A stretch of DNA of 57,488 bases. Origin: a virus. Its lineage: Duplodnaviria; Heunggongvirae; Uroviricota; Caudoviricetes. Position 1 is the first letter of the stretch, and the number at the start of each line of letters is the position of its first letter. A model generated the notes under the pieces. It searched no databases and had not been told where the DNA came from. It was given only the letters and a program-made list of their open reading frames with translations. A program made the position numbers and the translations under genes. Shown piece after piece: positions 39,701-48,628 of the stretch. Location: IMG/VR virus record IMGVR_UViG_3300044640_001538. One strand, 5' to 3'.

Positions 39701-42700
39701 ATTTACAAACACCAGAAGATTTCGAGGACTATAGTGGAGCTTACGATGAAGGAAGTGATACTATCTTCATCAATACGATGTATGAAGGCAATGAAGTCGG
39801 AGAAAAAGAAGAAAAATACACTCTCGGGCATGAGATTCAACACAGAATTCAAGAGGTAGAAGGATTTCCTAAAGGAGGAGATTATACAAGTATTTTAGAT
39901 GAAGCGTTAACTATACTAAATATATCTGAAGATTTAGGACCAGAAGATACATATAACAGGATATTAAAAGCAGATAAAACAAATCTTACTGACAATGAAA
40001 AATTAATAGTAGACGCAAGTTTAAATACAGTTTTAGCCATAGTTAATGATGACGAGAATCTTCTTAAAAATCAGTATAAACATTTACTAGGAGAAATAGA
40101 TTCAAAAGTAGTAGAAGCAGCATTAAAAGTAAAAGATAATTTTAACATAATTCCTAAAAGCTATAAGGAAATGCTTGGTTATTACGCCAATATAGGAGGT
40201 GTAAATTTAAGTGAAGTATTTTTATTAAGAAACGGAAATAAAAGATTTTCAAAAACAACAGTAGAAGAACCACAAGCAAAATTCAATGGTTATAATACAT
40301 ATTCTGAAGCTCTTAAAAACACAACATCAAATGATACTATCAAAATAACAATAGAAGATGAAGTTGTAGCAGAAGTTAGCGCAGATACAAGTAATAATAC
40401 TATTAATGGAAGCTTAAATGATTTAGTTAAACAAACAATTTTAAAAGGAGAGAGATTTCTTAATCCTAATGGAGATATTGTACATGTAACTGAAGGTAAT
40501 TCGGCGGCAAAAAAGTTTATAAACGCAACAATAGCAGAAAATTTATTAGGAAGAAACAACACAATTATTGATGATAATAGTAACATTATTTTAAAGGAGA
40601 AACAAGAATCTGTTTTAAAATTAAGCTTTGACGAAATTAATAAAAAATATAAAGATGTTGAAACTTCAAGCGCCGTAATTGCAGGTAAATTATATGCTGA
40701 AAATATGACACCATTTGGAGATAGTAGAGTAATTGACAGCGCTCAAGAAATAACTCCAGAGAATGTCCTACAAGAAAATTTATTAAACTTACTTTCTCAA
40801 TTAGGGATTAAAACAGTTAGTTTAGATAGATATAAAGCATCGTATGAAAATAGAAATGGAGTACCAGTAACAGCAGTTGCTTTAGCTGATATTGCTAATA
40901 AAGTTATTGCTTTTTCTTCTGGGCAAGTTACTCAAGATACTTTAACAGAGGAGGTTTCTCACTTTATTATCGAAGCTTTAGACCAAGAGGCTATTCAACC
41001 ACTGTTAGACAACATAAACAAAACAGAGGAGTGGGCAGAACATGCACAACACTATTTTGAATTATATGGTGACGAGGCTATTGTTAGAAAAGAAGTTTTA
41101 GGTAAAGTATTGTCAAATGCTATTCAAAAAGGATTTAGACAAGAGCAAACTACTATGGTAGGGAATTCTATTATTTCTAAACTTAGAGCTTTCTTTGAGC
41201 AGTTTTTAGATTCTATTTATGCTATGATTAAACCACAACATACGGTGGATTTACAGAGATTTACTAATGAGGTTTACAGAAATCTTATGGCTAATCAATT
41301 AATAGATAAATTGAATAAAGAACAGCTTGAAGGTAACAAACTTGTAATGTATCAATCATCTGCAACTATTAATAATGAAACAGATGTTTTGGCGGAAAAA
41401 GTTAAAAAAGCTTTAGAATATTTAGAAAACCAAGACAGAAAATTAGACTCTATTTCAAAAACAGAAATAGAAGATATAAAACAATTACAAGATTTAGATG
41501 CAAGTTTACAAATAGCAAAAATATCTAAAAGACAAGTAGATTATTTAAGAAAAAGAAACAAAGCAAAATTACTTTCATCTGAAGAATATGCAGTTTATAC
41601 TTCTACAACAACTTTCTTATTTAATGCTTTAACAGCATTAAGAGGTGCTGTAAGTAACAAACAAGCAGAACAAGCGCTTTCTGAAACTATTAATGATATC
41701 ACTTTATTAAGACAAGAGGTGAGCATCAACCAAGAAGAAATCTTTAACGATTTAATTGACAGAATTGTAGTTTCTCCAGAGCAAAAAGCAGCTGTTTTAG
41801 AGAGTTTTAGAACGTTAGAAAAAGATACAAACTGGTTTTTCCAACAAGCTGGTGGTATTATTCATGCAAGTAACCCTGCTTTAAATATTTTATCGGCGGT
41901 TATTAGCGACATGAATGTAAAAGCTAAATTAAACTTCAACGATAGAAAAGTAAGTTTCTTAAATGTTGCAGATAAATTAGGTTTTGATGTAAATCAATTA
42001 CCAGATGTTTTAAAGAAATTTAAAAGAGGTAATTATATATTTAATGCTTACGATTTTGATAAAGCGGAGGACGATTTAAATGAAGAAAAAGCAAGACTTT
42101 TAAATGAGATGTTCACCGAGGAAGAGAAAAAAGAAATCGGCGCAATAACAAAAGAAACGGTAAAAGAAAAAGAGAATGATATAATAGCTAACTTTAAAGA
42201 TTTAGAGCGTGTAAAAAATTATAAATATCAAGCAAATCAATACAGACTTAGAAATCAAAACATTCCAAACTTAAAACAGTCTGAAATAGATGCTAAAGAT
42301 AAGTTTATAGAAGAGAACAATATTTCTTCAACAGCTTTATTATTAGATGCAGAATTCTCTAAAAAGAGAAGCAACATAACAAGACAAGCTAAAAAAGAAG
42401 GTGGTTTTTCTCAAGCTTTAAAAGCTTTGATGGAAGAGTTAAACAGAGATAGACTGTTTGCTAAAAATCCATTTAATAACGACGGAGATTTAAGACCAGG
42501 ACTGTCTTTTGATGAAGATGGAAAGTTACAAATTGATGTAAATTCGGCAACAAAAGAATCTATATTAGTTTATGAATTAACAAAATTAGATGAGTATAAA
42601 GCAAAAAGTTTTAAAGAAAATACAGGTCAAGCTCCAACACCAACTTACTTCTATAGTATTTTGGAATCAATGGATAGAGATGAAAGAAGAGAGTTTTTAG

Positions 42701-45438
42701 AATTAAATGCCAATATAAGTTTCAATAATAATTTCTGGGACCAATTTGATAGTAATACTAACCAAGTGGAAGATGAAGAGCTTGCAAAACAAATTGCTTT
42801 AGTTTCTAAAAAAAGAAGCAACATCTTAAAAGCTTACAAAGTATTTAATAATCCTTCTGAGGTGAATTACACCGCAATGAATGATATTACTAAAGACGAG
42901 GTTAGAAGATTATCAGAACAATTAGAAACATTATACAAAGAAGCTAGTAGTAAATCTGGAAAAGAAACAGAAGATAAGTTTTTTGAATCTATTGTTAATG
43001 ATGCGTATAAAAAAGAAATAAGAGATTATTACTCTTTAAGGGTGGACGAAACTCCAACAGTAGACCAAGTAGTAGAATTTGCAAGAAATCACACTACTTT
43101 AGATAATAAATATAAATTAGATTGGGCAAGGGGGGTTTTCAAAGATTTTGAAAATGGTAGAATAAAACAATTACCTAAATCTTTACAAGGTTATAACAAC
43201 GCCGCAGAATTTGCAGAGTCAAAACTTTTACCGTACTTCAAAAAAATACAACCAAAAGGATTTGATTATGAAGCAGAGTTAAACAACTTTTTAGACAACC
43301 CAACTCAAGGATTAAATTCTCAATATTTATCTATAACTCCAAGTTATATATTTTTGGAGCAAGGAGAAAATGACAGAGTTAATCCAGAGTACATGAAAAG
43401 AATAGAAAATGGAGAACCTTTATTAAATGATAAATATGCTAACGAAGAGTATTTAAAGTATTTTGGAATGTCTTCAATTGATGCGCAACCAACTAAAAAC
43501 TTAAAAGAGTACGAACTTTTAAAAGAATTAGTTGTTTTTCAAGAAGAAACTATTTTGTCAGCGGGAATGGAAAATAAACACAATAAGTATTTATTACCAC
43601 AAAAAGAGGCAAGAGGTTTAAGAAAAATAATGGGTGCTGATGTAAAAGGTTATTTAAGAGATTTAACTAGAAATAGAGAAGACGATGCAATTTACGGGCA
43701 AAAAACAGATGAAACAAAATCTGAAAGACAAGGTACATATAACGAACTAATAGTTCCAAGACACGGTTTTTATAATATAGAAAATACAACAGACGAATTA
43801 CTTTACAGCTATATGTGGATGGCGCAACAATCTGAATTAACAAGACAGAGAATTGACGCACTTGCAGAAGTTGAAAGTGTTAGAGGAGCTTTATTAAACA
43901 AACAATATGGAGATAAGCACGGAGAATCTACAAGAACATATAAAATGTTTGATGATTTTGTAAGAGCAAATATCTATGGGCAGTCAGAAACTTTCCACAT
44001 GGATACAACTCTATTTGGTTTGAAAAAAGACAAAGTAAATGTGGCTACATCTATTAAATCTTTTCAAAGTTTTATCAGACTTTCTAACTTAGGGTTTAAC
44101 ATTCTTACACCACTTACGTCTTTACTTCAAGGTAGTGTCAATTATTTCGGGGAAAAAGTTGTAGGGGGAAGAATAGATAAAGATGCAGAAAGATTATCAA
44201 GAGGATTAATGTCTTCAATGCTTACAGAATCAGCTAATGAAACATTCAGTTTAGTTGGAAAAGGAAGACTGTCTATGTTAAATGAATTTATGGGGCAAGG
44301 GAATGCACAAGAAAGGTTTGAAAATTCAAACTATAGCGGTGTAGTCAGAGGTTTACAAAAATCAGCTTACTTAACACACTCTATAGCAGATGCGCCTTTA
44401 GCAACAAAAGTGTTACTAACAGTTTTACATGATTACAGAGTTGTTGGAGATAAAATTATGAACTTTAAGCAGTTTGCAAATACTTCAGACAAATCGGTAA
44501 AAGAACTAAGAAAAGAGTGGGTTACATACGAAAAAGATGTAATATTTAACTATTTAGAAGTTGTAAAAGACGGCAAATACGGAAAATACCAATTAAAAGA
44601 AATACCTGGAGTAGATAGAGCCTATGCAGAAAAAGCTTTACAACAAATTAGAAATGCTGTAACTTTAGCAAAACAAGAGGTTGATTCGGCTATTCCTAGT
44701 GTGGATAGGTCAAACATACAACGCCATGCGTTATTGAGCTTCGCCGCCTTACACAAAAATTGGTTGGCAACCTCTATGACAAGAAGGTTTAAAAGTAGAC
44801 ATCAAAACATGTATTCTGGATTAGCAGAAGAAGGAAGTTACACTGGAGTAGGTAATTTCTTAAAAGATGTTATTTCAGACATGAGAGCCAATGGAGGATT
44901 AAAAAACCTAAGACAGTCTTTAGTTAAAACTTGGGCAGAAGCAAAAAATGACAGAGTGAGAATGGAGTCTTTAAAAAGAGCTATGTTTGACGTTGCTATC
45001 GTAAACGCTTTAGGATTAATTGCAATACTTCTTAAAAATGCCGCAGATGATGACGATGAAAAAGATAACGCAATGTTACAATTTAGTTCTTACATGGGAT
45101 ATCGTTTAGCTTCAGAGGTAACTTCACAGTCGACTGGTTTTCCTAATGAGGCTTATAAATTCTTAGAGTCACCAACAACAGGTTTATCACAGATTCAAAA
45201 TATGTTGGATATTACAGATTTAGCATCCTCAGATTTAGTAAAAACAGGTAAATATCGTGGATATAGTACTAGAGCGGCATGGATGTTCAAAACTTTGCCT
45301 GGTATTAAAGAAGTGTTTAAACTGACAAACATGGATAAAACAAGACAGACTTATGAACTGTTTAATAGAAGTATTCAAAATCCATTCTTTGTAGCAAGTT
45401 ATTCTATACTAGAAAAGGATAAAGAAGAGGAAGAATAG
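36736..45438 (+). CDS. Large polyvalent ejection protein (2900 aa): ART-like domain, 2x LPD23+zincin, further zincin domains, helical C-terminus
   Basis: MYHGT...NYFT...FLNVKEP...YDG...WEPNQIKSATENIGTF (ART-PolyVal pattern); TGWE...KWRYEI (LPD23); HELQH, HEYSH, HEIQH and degenerate EEVSH; C-terminal hydrophobic helix. Confidence 0.8.
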   Translation: MSCKLQKNEKNGKINKVLNQAGKPSKLFQQIFNTPTLTLNQAIDAYKNIYSEKLKDTVKFSIGQKGISIQEAVKRNNGNPLNLAPNGKPSILYQSYKDLGYSDSEAERLTAQTFSDEFQNWFGDWINAANSFFDGDILDRKEAIKTFNSSYVVDSNMQPAVMYHGTPSSDITEFDRNKKVRKSSGLREVANYFTSNIKLAELYKKAEVDEEYRNSVKKEITKLKELQYNVRNNRDYDSIENKIKLSQDKLSGTIYSTFLNVKEPFLENGRGLDERAWNNFRLPIGYKTASNKADILDALSGKNDAARLDTNYDGAIVSNIADMASGKSLFTTEESSLDEVREDVKPYIGTVVAVWEPNQIKSATENIGTFGSESNDIRYQILGEKGAQNLDQIEEATFRMDNLLVAKEMEQVGKTPLQIRLSTGWEKNSMDLKWRYEILDGNIKPLTNLKPNLNIKGIGYVFVTNVEEIFNNEELFKAYPNLKQTEVVLMMSDNEAFRDYKMFFSNDKIYINLNYYGNTTALGIDTRNDFIHELQHFSQQIEGFEKGGSPDGYRTRAIEYLNKVRESGYTEASETVGFREIAKEFDNFIKNSEYILFKDMNVITSNDESIDAVSFLYGIDRYERLAGEVEATNVENRVNMSAEERLNTLLSETQSIPFEDQFISQFKNDTQAILNSPQKIEKEVLDRLKQNGLANNVYQLTTAELNNKLEELGVGNTKQTVNGFVHTATGDIYLNSDLADNSTLIHEYSHIFLDTIEKTRPELYKRGMDLVEEELNKEDSDIKSIIDFVTTNQPSLKGDALKAEILAELTGRRGSELLESLKAKKSGIFDWLIDIWNSVKDMLNLTSVTPEQLSQMTLGEYADAITVDLTMGKKLFEDSVRGQETKFQIIGEKGASRIEEYNNLLNQAKELEKQGATPAEIEKQTLWYKFKGQWRTLPKEILQSFKVVSNTRDKILTLKEVIGDDNVLFKFYPEIDKTKVVFVREGVQDLQTPEDFEDYSGAYDEGSDTIFINTMYEGNEVGEKEEKYTLGHEIQHRIQEVEGFPKGGDYTSILDEALTILNISEDLGPEDTYNRILKADKTNLTDNEKLIVDASLNTVLAIVNDDENLLKNQYKHLLGEIDSKVVEAALKVKDNFNIIPKSYKEMLGYYANIGGVNLSEVFLLRNGNKRFSKTTVEEPQAKFNGYNTYSEALKNTTSNDTIKITIEDEVVAEVSADTSNNTINGSLNDLVKQTILKGERFLNPNGDIVHVTEGNSAAKKFINATIAENLLGRNNTIIDDNSNIILKEKQESVLKLSFDEINKKYKDVETSSAVIAGKLYAENMTPFGDSRVIDSAQEITPENVLQENLLNLLSQLGIKTVSLDRYKASYENRNGVPVTAVALADIANKVIAFSSGQVTQDTLTEEVSHFIIEALDQEAIQPLLDNINKTEEWAEHAQHYFELYGDEAIVRKEVLGKVLSNAIQKGFRQEQTTMVGNSIISKLRAFFEQFLDSIYAMIKPQHTVDLQRFTNEVYRNLMANQLIDKLNKEQLEGNKLVMYQSSATINNETDVLAEKVKKALEYLENQDRKLDSISKTEIEDIKQLQDLDASLQIAKISKRQVDYLRKRNKAKLLSSEEYAVYTSTTTFLFNALTALRGAVSNKQAEQALSETINDITLLRQEVSINQEEIFNDLIDRIVVSPEQKAAVLESFRTLEKDTNWFFQQAGGIIHASNPALNILSAVISDMNVKAKLNFNDRKVSFLNVADKLGFDVNQLPDVLKKFKRGNYIFNAYDFDKAEDDLNEEKARLLNEMFTEEEKKEIGAITKETVKEKENDIIANFKDLERVKNYKYQANQYRLRNQNIPNLKQSEIDAKDKFIEENNISSTALLLDAEFSKKRSNITRQAKKEGGFSQALKALMEELNRDRLFAKNPFNNDGDLRPGLSFDEDGKLQIDVNSATKESILVYELTKLDEYKAKSFKENTGQAPTPTYFYSILESMDRDERREFLELNANISFNNNFWDQFDSNTNQVEDEELAKQIALVSKKRSNILKAYKVFNNPSEVNYTAMNDITKDEVRRLSEQLETLYKEASSKSGKETEDKFFESIVNDAYKKEIRDYYSLRVDETPTVDQVVEFARNHTTLDNKYKLDWARGVFKDFENGRIKQLPKSLQGYNNAAEFAESKLLPYFKKIQPKGFDYEAELNNFLDNPTQGLNSQYLSITPSYIFLEQGENDRVNPEYMKRIENGEPLLNDKYANEEYLKYFGMSSIDAQPTKNLKEYELLKELVVFQEETILSAGMENKHNKYLLPQKEARGLRKIMGADVKGYLRDLTRNREDDAIYGQKTDETKSERQGTYNELIVPRHGFYNIENTTDELLYSYMWMAQQSELTRQRIDALAEVESVRGALLNKQYGDKHGESTRTYKMFDDFVRANIYGQSETFHMDTTLFGLKKDKVNVATSIKSFQSFIRLSNLGFNILTPLTSLLQGSVNYFGEKVVGGRIDKDAERLSRGLMSSMLTESANETFSLVGKGRLSMLNEFMGQGNAQERFENSNYSGVVRGLQKSAYLTHSIADAPLATKVLLTVLHDYRVVGDKIMNFKQFANTSDKSVKELRKEWVTYEKDVIFNYLEVVKDGKYGKYQLKEIPGVDRAYAEKALQQIRNAVTLAKQEVDSAIPSVDRSNIQRHALLSFAALHKNWLATSMTRRFKSRHQNMYSGLAEEGSYTGVGNFLKDVISDMRANGGLKNLRQSLVKTWAEAKNDRVRMESLKRAMFDVAIVNALGLIAILLKNAADDDDEKDNAMLQFSSYMGYRLASEVTSQSTGFPNEAYKFLESPTTGLSQIQNMLDITDLASSDLVKTGKYRGYSTRAAWMFKTLPGIKEVFKLTNMDKTRQTYELFNRSIQNPFFVASYSILEKDKEEEE

Positions 45439-45442
45439 AATT

Positions 45443-45472
45443 AAGGTGGAAGGTAAAATTTCCACCTTTTTT
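45443..45472 (+). terminator. Rho-independent terminator ending the cargo operon
   Basis: AAGGTGGAA-N8-TTCCACCTT-TTTT. Confidence 0.9.
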
Positions 45473-45473
45473 A

Positions 45474-45505
45474 TTTGTATATGTTAATTATTTTTTGTAT
45501 ATTTG
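45474..45505 (+). promoter_or_regulatory. Bacteroidota sigma70 promoter
   Basis: TTTG-N20-TATATTTG. Confidence 0.9.
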
Positions 45506-45565
45506 CACTTAGAATTTTAGAGTTGTTGCGGTTCACAACGGAGGAGTGGTTTTCTCCACCTAAAT

Positions 45566-46342
45566 ATGACTCTTAATTTAATATTTATGAGATTCAAAAA
45601 ATCAACAAACGAATTATTTACAGATAACGGCGTATTTATAAAAAAGATAAGTTGTCCATTAGAAGATGCAAGTCTTTATTTAGAAGTTAATGAAGTAACT
45701 AAATGTACACTTTGTAATAACTGCCACAAAGAAGTAGTAAATATAAACAGACTAACAGATAAAGAGGTTTTAAATATCTTTGAAAAAGACCCAGAAACAT
45801 GCGTATCATTTAGTATATCTAAAGAAGTAAATGAAGGCAGAGATGATTTGCTTATTGTTGGGTATAAAAACTATGGAAAAAACAACACTGAAGATTTAAT
45901 AAATATAAGTACTGCAAGAAATGTAGATGAAATAAATAAAGCAGTAGAGCAAGGGTATAATATTATATTAAAAATGACAGACAAAATAAATGATTGGATG
46001 CTTATAACTGGTTATAGCTATTCTCTAATTAAAACAGAATCAGGTAGATACATAGAATATACAGACCCAAGAACAAAATATTGGCTTGGTGAAAAGTTCG
46101 AGACGATAATATCACATAAAAAATACAACGACACAAGTAGTGAAATTCATTATGCCGCTTACATAGTGCCAAAAGATTTAAAGAAAGGAGATAGAGTATT
46201 TTTAGAAGATATCATAGAAGATTTTCCTTACCATATTCACCATGGCTCGTCAAAATTAAAATCATGGACAGCTACTTTTAACGGAGAAGATTTCGATATA
46301 GATTACACTATATTTAAAGACTCAATAATGTGCATAGGATAA
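45566..46342 (+). CDS. Hypothetical two-domain protein with Cys cluster (moron-like)
   Basis: FIKKISCP...CTLCNNC...TCVSF possible Zn site; second domain AAYIVPKDLKKGDRVFLEDIIED; has its own promoter. Confidence 0.6.
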   Translation: MTLNLIFMRFKKSTNELFTDNGVFIKKISCPLEDASLYLEVNEVTKCTLCNNCHKEVVNINRLTDKEVLNIFEKDPETCVSFSISKEVNEGRDDLLIVGYKNYGKNNTEDLINISTARNVDEINKAVEQGYNIILKMTDKINDWMLITGYSYSLIKTESGRYIEYTDPRTKYWLGEKFETIISHKKYNDTSSEIHYAAYIVPKDLKKGDRVFLEDIIEDFPYHIHHGSSKLKSWTATFNGEDFDIDYTIFKDSIMCIG

Positions 46343-46692
46343 TGAAACTAGCGGTCATCGGGAGTAGAAATTTCACAGACTATAATTTCTTCAAAGAAAA
46401 GTTAGAGTATTTAACACAAAACATAGAAGAAGATATTGTATATGTAAGTGGCGGCGCTATTGGAACAGATAGTTTATGTAAAAGGTATTGTCAGGAAAAC
46501 AACTACGAGCTAATAGAATTCTTACCAGATTATAAACAATATGGTAAAGCGGCAACACACATTAGAAATAGTCAAATAGTTGAGTTTTCAGACGCTTTAA
46601 TAGCATTTTGGGATAATGTGTCAAAAGGGACAAAATCAACGCTGGAGAAGGCTAAAAAGAAGGGAATAATAATTAAAATAGTAGAAATATGA
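46330..46692 (+). CDS. SLOG superfamily protein (YspA/cpYpsA-related, DUF2493-like)
   Basis: AVIGSRNF, VSGGAIGTD, RNSQIV, IAFWDNVSKGT; start is probably the ATG at 46342. Confidence 0.85.
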   Translation: MHRIMKLAVIGSRNFTDYNFFKEKLEYLTQNIEEDIVYVSGGAIGTDSLCKRYCQENNYELIEFLPDYKQYGKAATHIRNSQIVEFSDALIAFWDNVSKGTKSTLEKAKKKGIIIKIVEI

Positions 46693-47027
46693 TAAAATAT
46701 AAAAACTTCTTATTTATAGAAGATGTAGGATACAGCGGAGTACAAGCAGATTTATCTGACGGTTTTTTAAAAGAAGGTATGGATGGTAATAGAAAAATAA
46801 AACTACCACATAAAAATTACACACTTTTAGGAATTGTAGACGAGTGTATAAACGCACCTTACGCAGAAGAATTTTTAGCGGGCATAGTAGAAAAAGACGA
46901 GTTTGGAGGATATTTTGATTATGAGTTAGAAGAGCACAATTATGATTCAGCTTCAGACAGTTTTCAAACTTTAGCAAGAGTATTAAGATTAAAACCAACA
47001 GATTATATTTTGAGAGATGATGAGTAA
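46689..47027 (+). CDS. Hypothetical protein
   Basis: ORF track; overlaps neighbours in operon style. Confidence 0.55.
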   Translation: MIKYKNFLFIEDVGYSGVQADLSDGFLKEGMDGNRKIKLPHKNYTLLGIVDECINAPYAEEFLAGIVEKDEFGGYFDYELEEHNYDSASDSFQTLARVLRLKPTDYILRDDE

Positions 47028-47262
47028 AGATTATTGGAAAGAATTAAATGACGAATATTTAAATTTACCGAAAGAAAAAACAGACGAAAATATTTTAAAA
47101 TGGTCTGAAGAATGGGGTAAAAAGAGTCAAAAATTATTAGACAAATACGGAAATATTTCTTGGTTAATACTAGAAGCAGCAAATATGTTAAGAAACGAAG
47201 ATATTTCAGAAGGAAAATTTAGAGAATTAGTAAGGTTTTGTTTAGATGACATACTCCCATAG
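47017..47262 (+). CDS. Hypothetical protein whose 3' end is supplied by the TnpB element right end
   Basis: The last codons (DILP*) lie inside the element's terminal hairpin, 47246-47280. Confidence 0.55.
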   Translation: MMSKDYWKELNDEYLNLPKEKTDENILKWSEEWGKKSQKLLDKYGNISWLILEAANMLRNEDISEGKFRELVRFCLDDILP

Positions 47263-47345
47263 CTAAAGCAAATGGGATTCTTAAAAACGCTTGAACTACT
47301 GTCCTACGTTAACTTTAAAGGAAGATGCCCCTTCCATGTATCTTT
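47226..47345 (-). ncRNA. TnpB reRNA/omegaRNA scaffold plus guide (predicted guide starts CTAAACAAAACCTTAC...)
   Basis: Scaffold overlaps the tnpB 3' end (GGGGCATCTTCC, AACGT..GCGTT stems) and ends in the CCCAT..TTTAG..ATGGG hairpin and GTCAT. The flanking DNA serves as guide by established TnpB biology. The 5' end is approximate. Confidence 0.7.
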
Positions 47346-48471
47346 TTAACAAAACTAAACAAGCATCGTCATCTGCATTTGCTGTGTGTTTACATTTAAC
47401 ACAACTAAAAATAGATTGAGTAGGTCTGTTCTCTTTACAAGTGTGTCCACATTTTGAACATTCTTGAGAAGAGTAAGCTGGGTTTATTTTTATTACTTCA
47501 GTTTTTGTTTCCAAAAGTTCAAAAAATTTACCCCAACTGCAATCTAAAATATGTTTAGCAAGATTTGTGTTTTTAACCATTTTGGTTATATTTAAATCTT
47601 CGACTATTATTTTAGAATAATCATTTGCAAATTTTGTAGAAACCTTATGTAAAAAATCTAATCTTGTGTCATAAACTTTTTTGTGTAATTTAGCTACAAC
47701 TTTAGCTTGACGTTTGAAATTTTTAGACTTCTTATCTTTTCTACTTAATTTTCTCTGCTCCACTCTTAGCTTCTTTTGATAATTGAATAAGTGTTTTGGA
47801 TTATCTATAATTTCTCCATCTGATGATGTAAGAAATCTTGAAACTCCCATATCTAAACTCACAATACTATCAGATTGGTTCTCTCTAATAATATTTTCTG
47901 TTTCTACAACTATACTTAAATAAAGACCGTCTACTTTTTTAGTTAGTTTTGCTTGTTTTATTTGCCCATTAAATTCATATTTTTTATTAAATACTTTTAC
48001 TTCTCCAAAACCAGGTAATTTAAAACCTTTTTCGGTTATTTTTACATTTTGTTTAAAAACTAAAGTTTGATATTTATCTTTTTTAGCCCATTTTGGTTTA
48101 CCAATATTGTAAAGTTTATGGTAATTTATATCAGTATTATTTTTTAAACATTTGTTGATATAATCCTGTTTTAGTTTTGAAATTTTACCTTCTTTGAAAT
48201 CTTTGAAGAATTTTTTATAAGCTAATTCTAACCTTTCTAAAGATGCTTGAAGTGTTTGACTGTGTACTTTTTTAAGCCAATCAAAATCTTTTTTAGCTTC
48301 TGTTAGTTGTTTAGATAGGTCGTTGTAGTTTATACTTACTCCTTTCTTAAAAGACTCTTCTCTACATTCTTTTGCTAAATTGTACACATATCTACATACA
48401 GAAATCTGCTCGTCATATTTTGACAAGTATTTTTCATTATTATACAGTTTATATGTGTACGTTTTAATCAT
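47296..48471 (-). CDS. tnpB: RNA-guided endonuclease TnpB
   Basis: N-terminal YTYKLY...CRYVYN; RuvC-I SLDMG, RuvC-II IVEDL, Zn ribbon CSKC..CVKC, RuvC-III NADDDA; catalytic D/E/D intact. Confidence 0.95.
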   Translation of the reverse strand: MIKTYTYKLYNNEKYLSKYDEQISVCRYVYNLAKECREESFKKGVSINYNDLSKQLTEAKKDFDWLKKVHSQTLQASLERLELAYKKFFKDFKEGKISKLKQDYINKCLKNNTDINYHKLYNIGKPKWAKKDKYQTLVFKQNVKITEKGFKLPGFGEVKVFNKKYEFNGQIKQAKLTKKVDGLYLSIVVETENIIRENQSDSIVSLDMGVSRFLTSSDGEIIDNPKHLFNYQKKLRVEQRKLSRKDKKSKNFKRQAKVVAKLHKKVYDTRLDFLHKVSTKFANDYSKIIVEDLNITKMVKNTNLAKHILDCSWGKFFELLETKTEVIKINPAYSSQECSKCGHTCKENRPTQSIFSCVKCKHTANADDDACLVLLKRYMEGASSFKVNVGQ

Positions 48472-48474
48472 CTT

Positions 48475-48609
48475 TTATTTTTCTAAAGCGGCAAGGCGTA
48501 AATAAGTGGATAACTTTAATCCTATTTTGTTAGCTTTTTCTATTAATATTTTTTCTTCTTCTAAAGAAACCCTTACTGGTATTAATTTTTCTCTTTTTTG
48601 ATTTATCAT
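48475..48609 (-). CDS. Ribbon-helix-helix (CopG/MobC-like) regulator, 44 aa, not in the ORF track
   Basis: Hand translation MINQKREKLIPVRVSLEEEKILIEKANKIGLKLSTYLRLAALEK; stop is 3 nt before the tnpB ATG. Confidence 0.8.
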   Translation of the reverse strand: MINQKREKLIPVRVSLEEEKILIEKANKIGLKLSTYLRLAALEK

Positions 48610-48628
48610 TAGTTATATTTTTATTGTA

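Noticed and set aside
651-44000. Many antisense or out-of-frame ORFs in the track (e.g. 651..842, 3711..4130, 16202..16585, 31015..31458, 39623..39859)
   Set aside because: Shadow frames of long genes with biased composition and no promoter or motif support.
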